Positions 27,122 to 39,676 of a DNA stretch of 43,639 nucleotides are shown here, piece after piece. The DNA lies in the NCBI RefSeq assembly GCF_001194135.2, contig NC_069000.1:24759556-24803194 (forward strand). The letters run 5' to 3'. A model generated the notes under the pieces. The model did no database searches, was not told the origin of the DNA, and saw only the letters and a program-made list of their open reading frames with translations. Source of the stretch: Octopus bimaculoides. Taxonomy: Eukaryota. A program made the translations under genes and the position numbers. Positions within the stretch are counted from its first letter, which is position 1, and each line of letters opens with the position of its first letter.

Positions 27122-27196
27122 TTGCCATAATAAAACTCTGAGTTTCGGATGTCGGGGTGGAAACCTGCTCCGGCATCTCATCAGTTGTCAAGGCAA
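27122..27196 (-). ncRNA. Type I hammerhead ribozyme motif (left arm; more degenerate)
   Basis: Reverse complement reads TTGCCTTGACAA-CTGATGA-GATG...CATC-C-GAAA-CTC-A-GAG-TT-TTATTATGGCAA. Same 75-nt architecture as the right arm, but the triplet is GTT and the proximal part of stem I is mismatched. Confidence 0.65.
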
Positions 27197-27602
27197 TTGA
27201 AAAATGCTATGAAAATGACCGTTAAAAAAAGGAAAATTACTATGTAAATGACCGTTAAATAACGGGGAAAAAAACCAAAGGCGGGAAAGTAAAAAGTAAA
27301 GAAGTAAAAGCGAGCATGTATAACATGTGCGTATTTTTAGACATGTATTTGAATATAATTGTGTGCGTATAGGTATGTGTGTGCATGCATGGTTGCATAT
27401 ATATGTGCATTTACTGACGTATGTGTGGGTGTGCATGTATGTTTCACGTGAGTGGGAGTGAGCATATGCATATAGGCACATGTACATATGCAATTGCTAT
27501 GAACATTTTTACTTTCCCCCCTTATTTAACTGTCATTCTAATAGTGGTCATTTACATAGCAATTTCCCTTTGTTTAACGTTCATTTTCATAACATTTTTT
27601 GA

Positions 27603-27677
27603 TTGCCTCAATAACTGATGAGATGCCGGAGCAGGTTTCTGCCCTGACATCTGAAACTCGGAGTCTTATTATGGCAA
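27603..27677 (+). ncRNA. Type I hammerhead ribozyme motif (right arm of inverted element)
   Basis: Stem I 5' strand TTGCC-TC-AATAA; core CTGATGA (27615-21); stem II GATG...CATC with apical GCAG-gttt-CTGC; one extra T, then GAAA (27653-56); stem III ACTC-g-GAGT; cleavage triplet GTC (27663-65); stem I 3' strand TTATT-AT-GGCAA. Confidence 0.75.
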
Positions 27678-28044
27678 CTGAATAATTGGTACATATTATA
27701 TTACAGATAAATTCCTCTATTTACATAATATCGAGGTCTCATTCATTCTTTTGTTGTCTTACCATTACTATTAATATATGTATATACATATATATATATA
27801 TGTATATATATATGTATATGTATATATCGAATGAACAATATATACATACCGATATGTATATGCATATATATATAGATATATATATATATGTGTGTGCGTA
27901 TATATATTTCTCACCAGTGACTGCACCATTACACTAACAAATAATTAAAAGATGAATAACATGTCTCATCGTCATACATTATAATTTTTCAAATTCACAG
28001 CGCAAGTGCAGTTTCAGTTGGCATTGGATATACTTATATATATG

Positions 28045-28051
<7 letters not shown>

Positions 28052-28136
<85 letters not shown>

Positions 28137-28210
28137 CACACATACATTTATATATATATATACATACATACATATATATGTACATACACATACATACATA
28201 TATATATATA
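28052..28210. repeat. Long (TA)n followed by (TACA)-like microsatellite
   Basis: About 40 uninterrupted TA units at 28052-28131. Confidence 0.95.
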
Positions 28211-28211
28211 C

Positions 28212-28565
28212 ATCATCATCGTTTAACCTCTGCTTTCCATGCTAGCATGGGTTGGACGATTTGACTGAGGACTGGTGAACAAGATGGCTACACCAGGCAC
28301 CAATCTGATTTGGCAGAGTTTCTACAGCTGGATGCCCTTCCTAATGCCAACCACTCCAAGAGTGTAGAGAGTGCTTTTATGTGCCACCGGCACGAAGGCC
28401 AGTCTGGCAGTACTGGCAACGGCCACACTCAAGATAGTGTATTTTACGTGCCACCTGCACAGGAGCCAGTTCAGCGTCACTGGCAACAACCTCGCTCGAA
28501 TGACTTTTCACGTGTCAGGAAGGCAACGCTGGTAACGATCACGTCAAATGGTGCTATTTATGTGC
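28212..28565 (-). mobile_element. Short element made of the RTE 3' tail with a (GAT)n end (representative copy)
   Basis: Shares gttaggaagggcatccagctgtagaaa...ccaacccatgctagcatggaaa...gttaaacgatgatg with the 3' UTR at 39530-39676. Other copies at ~5054-5214 (-), 10529-10700 (-), 22930-23221, 25095-25358, 32620-32862, 32905-33050 (-) and 41030-41218. Confidence 0.85.
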
Positions 28566-29204
28566 CAGAAAAAAATCGATAATAGGGCACATCAAATGTG
28601 CCCTATTTACTACCTATTACTAATATTTTATTTAAACAACCCAAGGGAAATAACCTATTCCTCCTGTAGTTTTTAGCGAAGCAATCAATATTTGATCCTC
28701 ACACTCAGCCGACCTAATTCTGCATTTCACTACTCACAGTTTTGAACTGCTAAACATTATTATTGCACTTCCTTAATTGGAATCTCTTCATTAATACATT
28801 TCTATACATACATACTTTTTTGAATGCTTATTACTCCGATAATTCTGCATTTTTACAGTTACACTTTCTCCATGACAGTAGATAAATGTTTTTTTTCCAC
28901 AACGTAGTGGCTTCATGCAGGCATAGCATGGATTAGATCCTCGATTGCCAAATTTCACTAACACTTCAACAGCGCTTTTCTCACAGTAAAACAATAGTTT
29001 TTCTGTGAATGACAACCTCTGATGACCTCTCTTGCTAATCTCCAACAATCTCTCCCGCCTCCAGTTGACAGTTTTTGTACTTTTTATTGTGATGGAAAAT
29101 ACACCTTTTGTGGCAGTTATAACGAAATTGCTTTCCTATATCAGAGTAATAAGGCGTTTCAATAGAACATCTTTACCCCTGGGAATTACCGGGTACACCA
29201 GCTA

Positions 29205-29249
29205 GTATATACATACATATATAACCATGCATATATGTATATATACATA

Positions 29250-29289
<40 letters not shown>

Positions 29290-29386
29290 GATATATATGC
29301 ATATACACATATATGCATATACATATACACACACACACATATATACATACACATATATGTCCATATACACACACACATATATACAT

Positions 29387-29439
<53 letters not shown>

Positions 29440-29462
29440 CATATATATATATTTATATACAT
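29205..29462. repeat. Compound (TA)/(CA) microsatellite
   Basis: Seen directly. It is the source of the YI/HT low-complexity ORFs. Confidence 0.95.
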
Positions 29463-29667
29463 GTAGATATCAGTTGCAAGGGAAGGTGGAGGAAGCAGGT
29501 AATAAGTGGCAAGAAAAATGTAAAGTGTGTGGGGGTGTGGTGGAAGGGAGATGCTTGCAGTGCCAGGGCCAAGGTTAGTGACAAAGGGCTTCTTTCAGTT
29601 TCTGTTTAGCAAGTCCATTCCCAAGGCTTTGATTGTCTCATGGTTATAGTAGAAGATACTTGCTTAA

Positions 29668-29887
29668 CCCAGTAAGTCCCAGAATACTTAAATTTCTGAA
29701 TATTAGTTTTAAATTTTTACAGATGATTGAAAATAGGTTAAAATGAAAAAGATAATTAAAACTTCTTTACTTCAAGTAGAAATGGAAATACTCGGTGTCC
29801 TATAAATAGGACACTGAGACAATGTGATATAGCTTATTTAATGTTCTTATTTAGTGACCTATTTATAGGACAGTGTGACTTAATGGG
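29668..29887. mobile_element. piggyBac-like MITE inserted into a tRNA-SINE
   Basis: TTAA|CCCAGTAAGTC ... GACTTAATGGG|TCAA. Internal palindrome GTGTCCTAT-AA-ATAGGACAC plus an imperfect second copy. The SINE sequence resumes on both sides. Confidence 0.6.
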
Positions 29888-30279
29888 TCAAGGTGTCACA
29901 AAGTAGGATTGAACCCAAAACCATGCAGTAGAGGAGTAAACTTGATTATGCAGTCAAATATGCACATACACACACACATACAAACATACGCAAATCTATA
30001 TATATGTGAGGCTGTGTGGTTGATAAGCTTGCTGTCTAACCAAGTGATCTGTGGTTCAGTTCCATTGCACGGCAAGTTGGGTGTCCTCCACTATAGCCCT
30101 AAACTGAGTAAAGTGAGTGGGTTTGTCTGACGGAAACTGAAATAAACTCATTGTATATGTATACAAAGTGCATAGGCTATTTGAGGACAAAACTTTTAAG
30201 AACCATAAGTAGCCCAAACATTAATATCCTCTCTGTTTTTTCAGCCACAGTATAGGAACTTTGAATCTAACACTGAAAA

Positions 30280-30400
30280 GAATGCTATTCTCATCACCTT
30301 AGCCACTAACCACAGTGATTCTGAGTGCAGCCTTCATAGATGTAGCCAAGAGCTTTGTGTCTAAGATAAGACTGCCCTGCCTGACAAAGCTGCACTAACA
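30280..30400 (+). mobile_element. Very old LINE RT remnant
   Basis: SAAFIDVAKSFVSKIRLPCLTKLH resembles the RT A.F+D+.KAFD...LL.KL motif. Stops on both sides. Confidence 0.35.
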
Positions 30401-30740
30401 GAGGTTTGCAGGGGTACAAAAAACCCCACAAACTGCACAAGTCCTTGTCTTCAGTCCTGGCAAACCATTAGTTCCCAACCTATAGCAGAACCTTCCAAGC
30501 ATGCATTGAACTGATTGGCCACAGTTGGACACACTGTGACCCATCTTCTTCTCCCATGTGATGCCTTTGGTCATTATCTACAATGATGGATGAACTAATA
30601 AAAGGTGTGCATGTGAAAACTTGAGTGTGCAAGTAATATGGACACATACATAGTATATATTACATACAGTTTAATTTGTGGTCCCTTCCCACAGGTAGTC
30701 TGTATTCTGTCAACACTACCAGGTGTAATTCGTGTATGTG

Positions 30741-30776
<36 letters not shown>

Positions 30777-31143
30777 CAACACTACTAGGCGAAAAATTGC
30801 GTGCGTGTGTAGTACAGTCAAATTTATAAAATTAGTTTTGCCTGCATGTCAAAAGAAATTTTATAATTTTGACTATTAGTGTCAAGCATCCCTATCAATA
30901 AATGTTGTAGGCATTCTTCTAAAATTTCTTTTAAAATAAGACACCAAAATTAGCACACACATTAAGTATAAGGTGCAAGGGTGGTGTGTAATGAAAAAGA
31001 CAATGTATGTGCATGTATATATGCAGGTATGTATCTATATCTGTATGTGTGTATACACACACACACACACACACACACATATATGGTTTAAATATGTTTT
31101 TAAAAAATGGAAGAGTTGAAAAGGTATTCAAAAATATATACAT

Positions 31144-31276
31144 CTATATATCAAGAGGTTTTAGAAATTTTCGTTTGTATCTCTTTCTAGGACCAGGACC
31201 AGAATTAGATGCTAACAAATCCTCTGCATAACCATGTCTTTTCTTTAGATTCCCTGAGTGAACAATCTGTGAGAAC
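31144..31276 (-). CDS. MPHOSPH6: MPP6 terminal coding exon, 133 nt including TAG
   Basis: cttctttttctgcAG, then g+FSQIVHSGNLKKRHGYAEDLLASNSGPGPRKRYKRKFLKPLDI*. Ends in the MPP6 C-terminal FLKP.D motif. Phase 2 in completes Arg from the previous exon. Confidence 0.92.
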
Positions 31277-34163
31277 CTGCAGAAAAAGAAGTAATTAAGA
31301 AGACATAATTAAGAAGCTCACATATTAGTTTGCATTAAATTATACATGTTGCTTAACTTAACTTTGATAGAGTAATCCTATGATCAAAGCATTTCAGTAT
31401 TAATAAATCTATTTTTTATATACTGAATATTGCCTCTTTATTTTATGATGGTAGGGTTTGATTTGACAGTATTCGGTTGGAATTTATAACTGGTGGTGTG
31501 ACCATGTAGAAGCTCCTTAATTAGCTCAAGTTTGACAAACACTTTTCCATGATTTTAAATATTATTTAAAAATTCAGCCCTTACATATTTACCAACTATC
31601 AAAGGCATTCTAGCACTGAACAAGCTGTTTTTTGCTTCCAGACTATATTAACCAATGAGTCTTTCTTAAAAAACTTTGGTGTAAGTAGAGGAAGGTTTGG
31701 TCACTATTTCTAGCAGATTCTCTCCTTGGTACATGCACATTTTACAGCTGGAAGCACTTCTCTTACTAGTAAGTAGTCAATTATGACTGAAATAGTCATT
31801 GAGTTAACAGGGCCCCATGCCTTGCCTAGCTGGCTAAAAATCTAGCATACATGGAATAGACAGGCTAGCCAGCCCTTGAGATGCATTTAGCAGTGGTTAC
31901 TGTTGCAAGCTTCAAACTTGACCTCCAGTTCCCTATGTATATGTTTTTAATGCACATATTGATCTGCAGATGTTCAAACTAGACTCATTAAATCTCAAGT
32001 TTCAAGTATCATGCACACTACCCCACCTCTTCCTCAGGCTAAATACATTAAAAAAAGGTGGGAATTTATCTCTGATGTGCTCAGTGTTAAGAAAACTGTT
32101 AAACCTTATCTTACCATATTTCAGTTGAAATACACAGTCTTTTGTTTCAATTAATTTTGAAAACAACGATGAACTTAGTAAAATAACATCATTATTAGGC
32201 TGGTGTTTGGAACATAAATGACATGAAATTTCGACTGGTGGTTTTAATTTAAATCGTTTTAAAACAAGGAGTTTGTATCATAAAACCAAGGGTGGTTTCA
32301 GGCACGATGGTATCAAAAGGGAATGAGATCCATGAAAATTCTAGGTTTTATAAATTTCTCATTTTCAGTTTCGACAAATAAGTTGACAAATATCTACAAC
32401 ATTGTTTCACTGTTTCAGTCAGCATTGTTTTAATCAGTCTAAAATGAGCATCTCATTTTTGAAAGAGGATCTAGGACTACACTGTTCCGTTGTTATTTAA
32501 GATATGAGATTTGAGGGAGATTTGGTTGCTGTTTCTAGCAGGTTAATCAACTATATAGATGGTTCCCCTGGACTGGCTCATGTGCGGGCGACACACGAAA
32601 ATTTTTTTTTTTTGTGCGGGTGGCACATGAAATGCACCATTTTGAGCGTGGCTGTTGCCAGTACCGCCTGACTGGCCTTCGTGTGGGTGACATGTAAAAG
32701 CACCCACTACACTCTCTGAGTGGTTGGCGTTAGGAAGGGCATCCAGCTGTAGAAACTCTGCCAAATCAGATTGGAGCCTGGTGTAGCCATCTGGTTTCAC
32801 CAGTCCTCAGTCAAATCGTCCAACCCATGCTAGCATGGAAAGCGGACGTTAAACGACGATGACAATAGAGGTTTTCTTAAGACATTGTTGGTAATGATAA
32901 TGTTCATCATTGCTATTCTTAACATCCACTTTTCCATGCCTGCATGGACTGGATGGAGTTTATTGAAGCAGACTTTCTATGGCTAGACACCCTTACTGTT
33001 TCCAGTAAGGTAATATTTTCTTATGGCCAGACTTTTTTCACAGGAAACAGGAGATGACTAACAGTTTGTATGACAATGGCATTCATTTACAACTATCTTT
33101 CAATACCAAGATAAAGAAACATACAAATTACAGGGTTCTTTCTGTTTTTGTCAACCAAACTCATTCTTGAGTCAACCTGGGGCTATAATAGAAGACACTT
33201 ACCCAAGGTGCAATGCAGTAGGACTGAACTAACAAACATGGTTGCAAAGCAAGCTTCTGAACCACACAGCCACATCTGTATCTACTGAGGTTGCTAACAA
33301 TGATTTCTAACATTGTTATAAACACCATTTTTTTTTTCATCTCTCTTCTCATCTCAGCACGGGTTGCATAGAGCCATTAATTATGGAAAGAAAAAAAATT
33401 TATAGCAACCCCAGAAATTGACAGGTATTTTATCAACCTTGAGACCAGATGAAATATAAAGTAGATCCTGGAACTACAGCCAGGCATTTCTTCCACTTTT
33501 TATGTCATCACCATCCCCACTGCTGCCAACACTGCATACATGTATCTAGTTTGAGTGTTACTAGGATGTCCTAGTATTAAGGCTTTAGTAGATAGGAAGA
33601 GGTATGACATTTATGTACAAGAGACATGACCTTTATGTTTTTATGAGAATTAAGTTATGCCAAAGTAAATTGGTTAAATCTATTAAAAAGTTTCAGAATT
33701 TGGCCCATAAAAATGAAAATGCTCATTTAGACTGAGCAGGACAATCGTCTAAAATAAATGAATCCAACACAGAACATACTCAGTTATTTATAAAATTTAT
33801 TATGAGTGCTCTGATTTCAAATCTCACTAAGTCCAAACTCTGAGTGGAAACTTGTGTGTTCTGGCACTTTGCATTCCTAGTTCAAACTCCACATAGATGC
33901 TAATGGCCAGAGCTTATCACCTACGAGAGCACCCCATCCAACCAGCAATTAGCCAGCATGGACAAGAAGACCTATAGGTAGCACAGAAAAGCTGGTGTTG
34001 GCATGTTGAAACTTTTATTCATCAATGGTTTGATAACTGAATGCATTGGATTGATCACTATACCAGCAGGGAATAGTAACAAATGGTTGTGAAGAAGTAG
34101 TTACAATTTATGAATGTACAAAAGAATTATCTCCAAACCTGAATAGATAAAGAAAAGTTTTAC

Positions 34164-34246
34164 CTGTTTGCCATTTCTTCATCTCCTACAGACGTCTCAT
34201 CTTCTCTATTGCCAGCACGATCTAAATCATCAATTTTCATTAATTT
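34164..34246 (-). CDS. MPHOSPH6: MPP6 coding exon (probable exon 4), 83 nt
   Basis: tattgttcacAG, then KLMKIDDLDRAGNREDETSVGDEEMAN+ag, then GTAAAA. Matches the MPP6 motifs KLM... and (D/S)V.DEEMA.R. Phase 0 in, phase 2 out. Confidence 0.93.
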
Positions 34247-35287
34247 CTGTGAACAATATACAAAACAACTTCAAAAACTGATAAACAATGTGCACTATAA
34301 GACAATTTCATCATTTTATACCATTTTCTTATTGTGTTGCTTGCATAGGTTGGATGGATCTTCTCCAGCAGAAGATCTTGTCACTTGCAGCAGTCCTTTA
34401 TCATTTCATTCATGAGGAACACAAGATCAGTCTTCACTTCTTTCTCAGTCTTCTTCTCTCTCTATCCCCCTCTGTGTGTGTGTGTGTGTTTTTCCACCTT
34501 TCCCCTCATTTTAGTTTTCACAATGTTTTCATTGTTCAGAAGTCAGGTTAGTCTGATGCTGTTAAGGTGGCAGCTATATAGCCAAATGGCTGAAGGGTAC
34601 ATATCTTCTCAATGTGCTGTGTTTACAGCAAACTGACATAAAAGGGAGCATTAAATAATTAACAAATAGATGTTTCATTAGCTTCTTTTGTTCACTCTGG
34701 CTATTGTATTTGAATTCTAATTAGACTGTGTTGTACACTACTACCAAATATGCAACAATCCTTCCCATAGTTATACTCTACGGGCAGAGATTCCACTAAT
34801 GAAAGAGGGGAAGGGGGTAGACAGGGGAATAGCATTCCAAAATGATTTAAGAAGTTAGCTTCACAGTCCCAAACTTCTGGGTTCAGTCCTAAAGTTTAGT
34901 GCTTTGGGCAAGTATCTTTGGCCATAGATTTGGGTCGACCTATTCCTCAGGAAGCCCATCGGATGTATTGCACTAGTAATTCAAAGGTACAGCCTTGTCA
35001 TTCACTCCATTCTGCTTGATGACTGCTTTAAGGGGTATACATGCCTGTGGAAAACTCAGTCACTAATTCAGTGAGCAGTTCAGTTGACCACACAACTAAA
35101 TACTTAAAGTTGAAATCAATGGAGACCTAGTTACAACTTATACATACATACACATGATGTTGGCCTTGTTTAACCCCAGCTGAGCATTGGTCAAAGGCAT
35201 TTCAGTCATGACCAAATGACCTTATTTTTCAGGTTAGGGTTGCTAATAGCCAATGCATCCATAACATTTTAAAGAGAGTTGCATGTT

Positions 35288-35289
<2 letters not shown>

Positions 35290-35362
<73 letters not shown>

Positions 35363-35412
35363 TAGAGAGAGAGAGAGAGGGAGAAAGAGAGGGAGAAAGA
35401 GAGGGAGAGAGA
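35290..35412. repeat. (GT)n(GA)n microsatellite
   Basis: Seen directly. Confidence 0.95.
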
Positions 35413-36339
35413 GAACGTTATTGTTATGGACATGTGATGCCAGCAAAAGATGATAAGTGAATGAAAATGAGCTGTGGCCTGATGGTTGATGAAGTCACAA
35501 GAAGAAGTGATAAGGTCATCTATTGAGATGCTGAGGTTCAGATAATATGATGCAATACTAAGAGGAGAAGAAACATGATGTGCTGTAGACCTGTTCAACC
35601 ACAAGCATCTACACAAATTAGATCAGCTGAAGAATGGTCTTAGACTTCTATTATAATTTCATTCACATCTAGGTTAGAAATTTGTAGGGAGGGGACAAAA
35701 ATTACTAAAACAACACCCAAGACTTGACTGATACTTTATTAACTCCAAAAGGCTGAATGACAAATATGATGTGGGCAAGAACATAAAGGGCCATAACTAA
35801 ATAAATGTACATTTTGTCCATTGCACCATTAATTCTGCAAATTTCCTTGTCTAAAGAGAACAAAGATGTATGTATGTGTATAGTAACATATTCATATAAT
35901 GCAATTTAAACTTTAAATTGTTTGACAAATAATCAATATTAAGAATACCATGTAAATTTCAGTTCATCCCTTAATGTTAAGTCTGCTTTTGTATGTCCCA
36001 CAGAGTATACTTAGAAAAGAAAACAGAACAGGAGAGATTGTTAATAAGATATTTAACTATACCATCTTACCTGTTTCATTAGCATAATATTATTGGTCAC
36101 ATAATGCAGAATTACAAGTTAGTGTGACCTGTTCTCTACAACAATATTATGTGTAATAATTACACATCTCTAATGAGTAGGCAGCAAGTGTGGATTATGT
36201 AACTTGTAATTTTGCATTATGTTGCATTATTTTGCATTTTTCCCCAATAGGGGAAACAATTTTAACATGTTTGAATGATGATAGGTTAAAGCGATAACAA
36301 CTGATATAACATGTCTGTTATCAAGTGACCACTGAAACC

Positions 36340-39300
36340 TTCAATTCAGGTGCTGAATACCATCACTCTCTCCCATGTTTTCTCCCACGTCCCTTTCCCA
36401 GTTTTCAGAGTTAGTTCTGTCAATGCAGGTACATTGAAAGGTAGGTTTAGCAAGGTTGCTGAGATGCTTGGACGGAGGCATGTTGATATATGCTGCATCC
36501 AAGAGGTAAGGTGGAGGAGCTTCAGCCAGGTTCCTCACAGGCAAACACATAGGTATAAAAATCTTCTGGGAAGGTAACAGTGACAGGGTAGATGGTGTGG
36601 GCATATTTTTTGCTGAAAAATGGGTGGATAAGGTCATAGAGGTAGTGAGCGTGTGCAACAGAGTGCTTAAGCTCAGGCTAGTCTTGCAGAATAGTATAAT
36701 TCTCTTTCTATGCCCCACAAACAGGCCTACCAAATGAACAGAAGGACCACTTTTATGATATTCTTCTGCAGGCTACCTCAAAGATAAGTGAAGATGATCT
36801 CATCTTTGTAGCTGGAGATTTCAATGGGCATGTCAGAGGGCAGACTGGTATCTTCCATGGCGTCCATGGAATTTGTTCCTGAAATGAAGAAGGAACAAGG
36901 CTACTGGAGCTCTGTGATGCAAATAGCCTATTGATATGCAACACCAACTTCAGGAAGTCAGCCAGACCCCTGATAACCTACCAATCAGGTGACTGTGCTA
37001 GTCAGATCAATTACATTATCACCGGACAGTGGGATGCATGGTTGCTCTTAAATACAAAGACCCGCTCTGGTGACGATTGTACCTCCCAGCATAGACTAAG
37101 TCATTAGTGATTCTAGATTTCAGGTCAGAAGAATGCCAAGAAGCAGACCAATCTGGAAAAGGATTTGGAAGTTTAAATACTCTGCATACGGTCAGAGATT
37201 TAGGGACGTCCTAATTGAGAAATTTGATGAGAGTGAGGACGAGCTACAGATTTATGACATAGATGGCAACTGGAAATTCCTGCTGGACACCCTGCAGAGT
37301 GCCACAGATCAAATCTATGGCTGGTGCAAAGTCCCATCCAGACCTAGGGTAACATGGTGGTGGACCGATGCAGTAGACAAGGCCATTAGAACAAAGAAAC
37401 AGGCCTGGAAGAGTTGGGATAGCAGGGAACTGTATCATTTAGCCAGAAGGGAAGCGAGGAGACAGGTATATCTAGCCAAGGGAGAAGCAAAAAAGAAACA
37501 GTTTGTCAATGTTCAGTGACGTGAGGACCAAAGAACTGAAGTGCTTCGGATTGCAAGACAGTGAGAGAAAATCATGATGTCATAAGAGAGAAATGTGTCT
37601 GCATGGATAATGGTGCACTTGCATTTAATGATTCTGCAAAGAAAGAGGCTTGGAAGTGCCATTATGAAAGACTGCTGAATGTAGAGAATGAATGGGAGGA
37701 GGAGAGTCTGCCAAATGTTGACCCAACAGGGAGACCAGCTACCCAAATCAACATTTCCTTGGTAGATAAAGCAATTAAGGATATGAAGACAGGGAAAGCT
37801 CCCAGCCTATCAGGAATCACTGCTGAGATGCTTAAAATATCTGGTCATATGGGTTATGGTCTAGTTACCCATACTGTAAATCAGGTGGTTCATGAAGGGG
37901 TCATACCCAATGACTGGTGTAGCAGCACCATAGTCAACTGCTACAAAGGTAAAGGTGATGCCTTAGAAATAATTAAAGGTATCAAATTGTTGAATCAGGT
38001 GATGAAAGTTATGGAGAGGGTCATAGCCCAACTAATTAGAGAGAGAGTTAATCTAGATGAGATGCAGTTTAGTTTTGTACCAGGGAGAAGTACCACTGAT
38101 GCTATGTTTGTGGTAAGGCAGCTGTAGGAGAAATACATAGCCAAAGATAAACCTCTGTAGTTGGCCTTTGTTAACTTGGAGAAAGCCTCTGACAGGGTCC
38201 CCCGATCCCTTATCTGGTGGTCTATGCAGAAACTAGGGATAGACAAGTGGCTGTATAAGCTATGTACAGGGATGCTACCAGTAAGGTGAGGGTGGGCAAT
38301 GAGTACAGCGAAGAATTCAGGATACAAGCAGGGATTCACCAAGGATCAGTGCTCAGCCCACTTTTGTTCATCATAGTCATCCAGGCAATAACAGAGGAAT
38401 TTAAGCAGGCTGCCCCTGCGAGCTCCTCTATGCTGATGACCTTGTTCTTATTGCTGAATCACTATCAGAACTAGAGAAGAAATTTCAGGTGTGGAAGCAA
38501 GGTCTAGAAATGAAGGGCCTTAGATTTAACCTAGCAAAAACCAACGTCTTGGTAAGTAGGAAGGCAGACAGATCACAAATCTCTTCAGATAGATGGCCCT
38601 GCTCAATCAGTAGGAAAGGCGTAAAAAGAAACTCCATAAAGATGCACCCAATATAAGATTTAGACACATCAAAGGCATAGCAATATCAAAAAAAAGTTAA
38701 CAAGGAAACTAGCTTTTGTATGTGGAAGATGCACAGGTATAATAAACGCTGAAAATAAACTCTATCAACTGGTAGGGGGTGCAAGCTAGAAGCAATAGAT
38801 AGCATCTGTTTTCTTGGTGACCAAGATAGTAGTGTAGATGGATGCTCTGAGAGCATAGCTGTAAGAATAAGAATAGGCTCCTACCTCTGCTGGCAACAAA
38901 GTGCCTCTCTCTCAGAGTGAAAGATTGTATGATGCCTGTGTGCGAACAGCTATGCTACATGGCAGTGAAAGATGGCTGTGACAGCAGAGGACATGCATAG
39001 GCTTGAAAGAAATGAAGCCAGTATGCTTTGCTGGATGTGCAGTGTCAGTGTGCATGTTTGACAAAGTATAAGCATCTTGAGAGAAAAGTTAGCCAAAAGA
39101 GGCATCAGATGTGGTGTGCAAGAGAGACAACTGCGCTGGTATGGTCATGTGATGTGTATGTATGAGGACAGCTGTATAAAATGCTGATCTCTAACTGTGG
39201 AGAGAACCTCTGGTAGAGATAGATACAGGAAGACATGAGATGAAGTGGTGAAGCATGATCATCGAGCTTTGAGCCTTACAGAAGCAATGACTAGTGACCA

Positions 39301-39676
39301 ATTGAAAAGACCCATCAAGTCAAGAGAAATTATAGCCATAGCTGATGCTGGTGTCATGTAAAGAGCACCTTTGAGCATTGGGCCTCATGGAGGCAAAGTG
39401 GCTGAGTTCCTTTCGAGTGTTGGGCTTCACAGAGACAATGACCAAGACCTTTGGCATTAAGTCATGCTTGAGAAAAAGACCCATCAAGCCGAGCAAAATT
39501 ACAGATACTGGTGTCATGCAAATGGCACCCGTGGCACATAAGAAAGCGCCCATTACACTCTCGGAGTGGCTGGAGTTAGGAAGGGCGTCCAGCCATAGAA
39601 AACCTTGTCAAATCAGACTGGAACTGGTGCAACCTTCCAACCCATGCCAGCATGGACAATGGATGTTAAATGATGA
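36340..39676 (+). mobile_element. Near full-length decayed RTE-clade LINE in MPP6 intron 3, antisense to the gene
   Basis: APE: SVNAGTLKGR...DICCIQEVRWR, AGDFNGHV, SQINYI. RT: GKAPSLSGI, QFSFVPGRSTTDA, GIHQGSVLSPLLF, LYADDL (frameshifted). Cys-rich WPC...C insert. 3' UTR ends gttaaatgatgat. Confidence 0.92.

Larger units (their letters stand above)
27090..27709. mobile_element. Foldback element with ~200-bp inverted arms (27090-27297 and 27504-27709), probably derived from a Penelope-like pseudo-LTR
   Basis: The arms are reverse complements at roughly 85% identity by eye, around a ~200-bp TG/TA-rich spacer. Each arm carries a hammerhead motif. No coding capacity. Confidence 0.7.

Noticed and set aside
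27979-29609. Numerous YI/HT/VC-repeat ORFs in the ORF track, and similar poly-L/S/H/M ORFs elsewhere
   Set aside because: They are translations of microsatellites.
33356-33425. Exon-like segment with AG and GT boundaries on the plus strand
   Set aside because: All three frames contain stops, and the donor belongs to a SINE remnant.
34192-34415. Apparent plus-strand exon with a strong acceptor and a 74-codon frame
   Set aside because: The apparent polypyrimidine tract is the antisense of purine-rich MPP6 exon 4 (34164-34246, minus), which has a recognisable motif and compatible phases.
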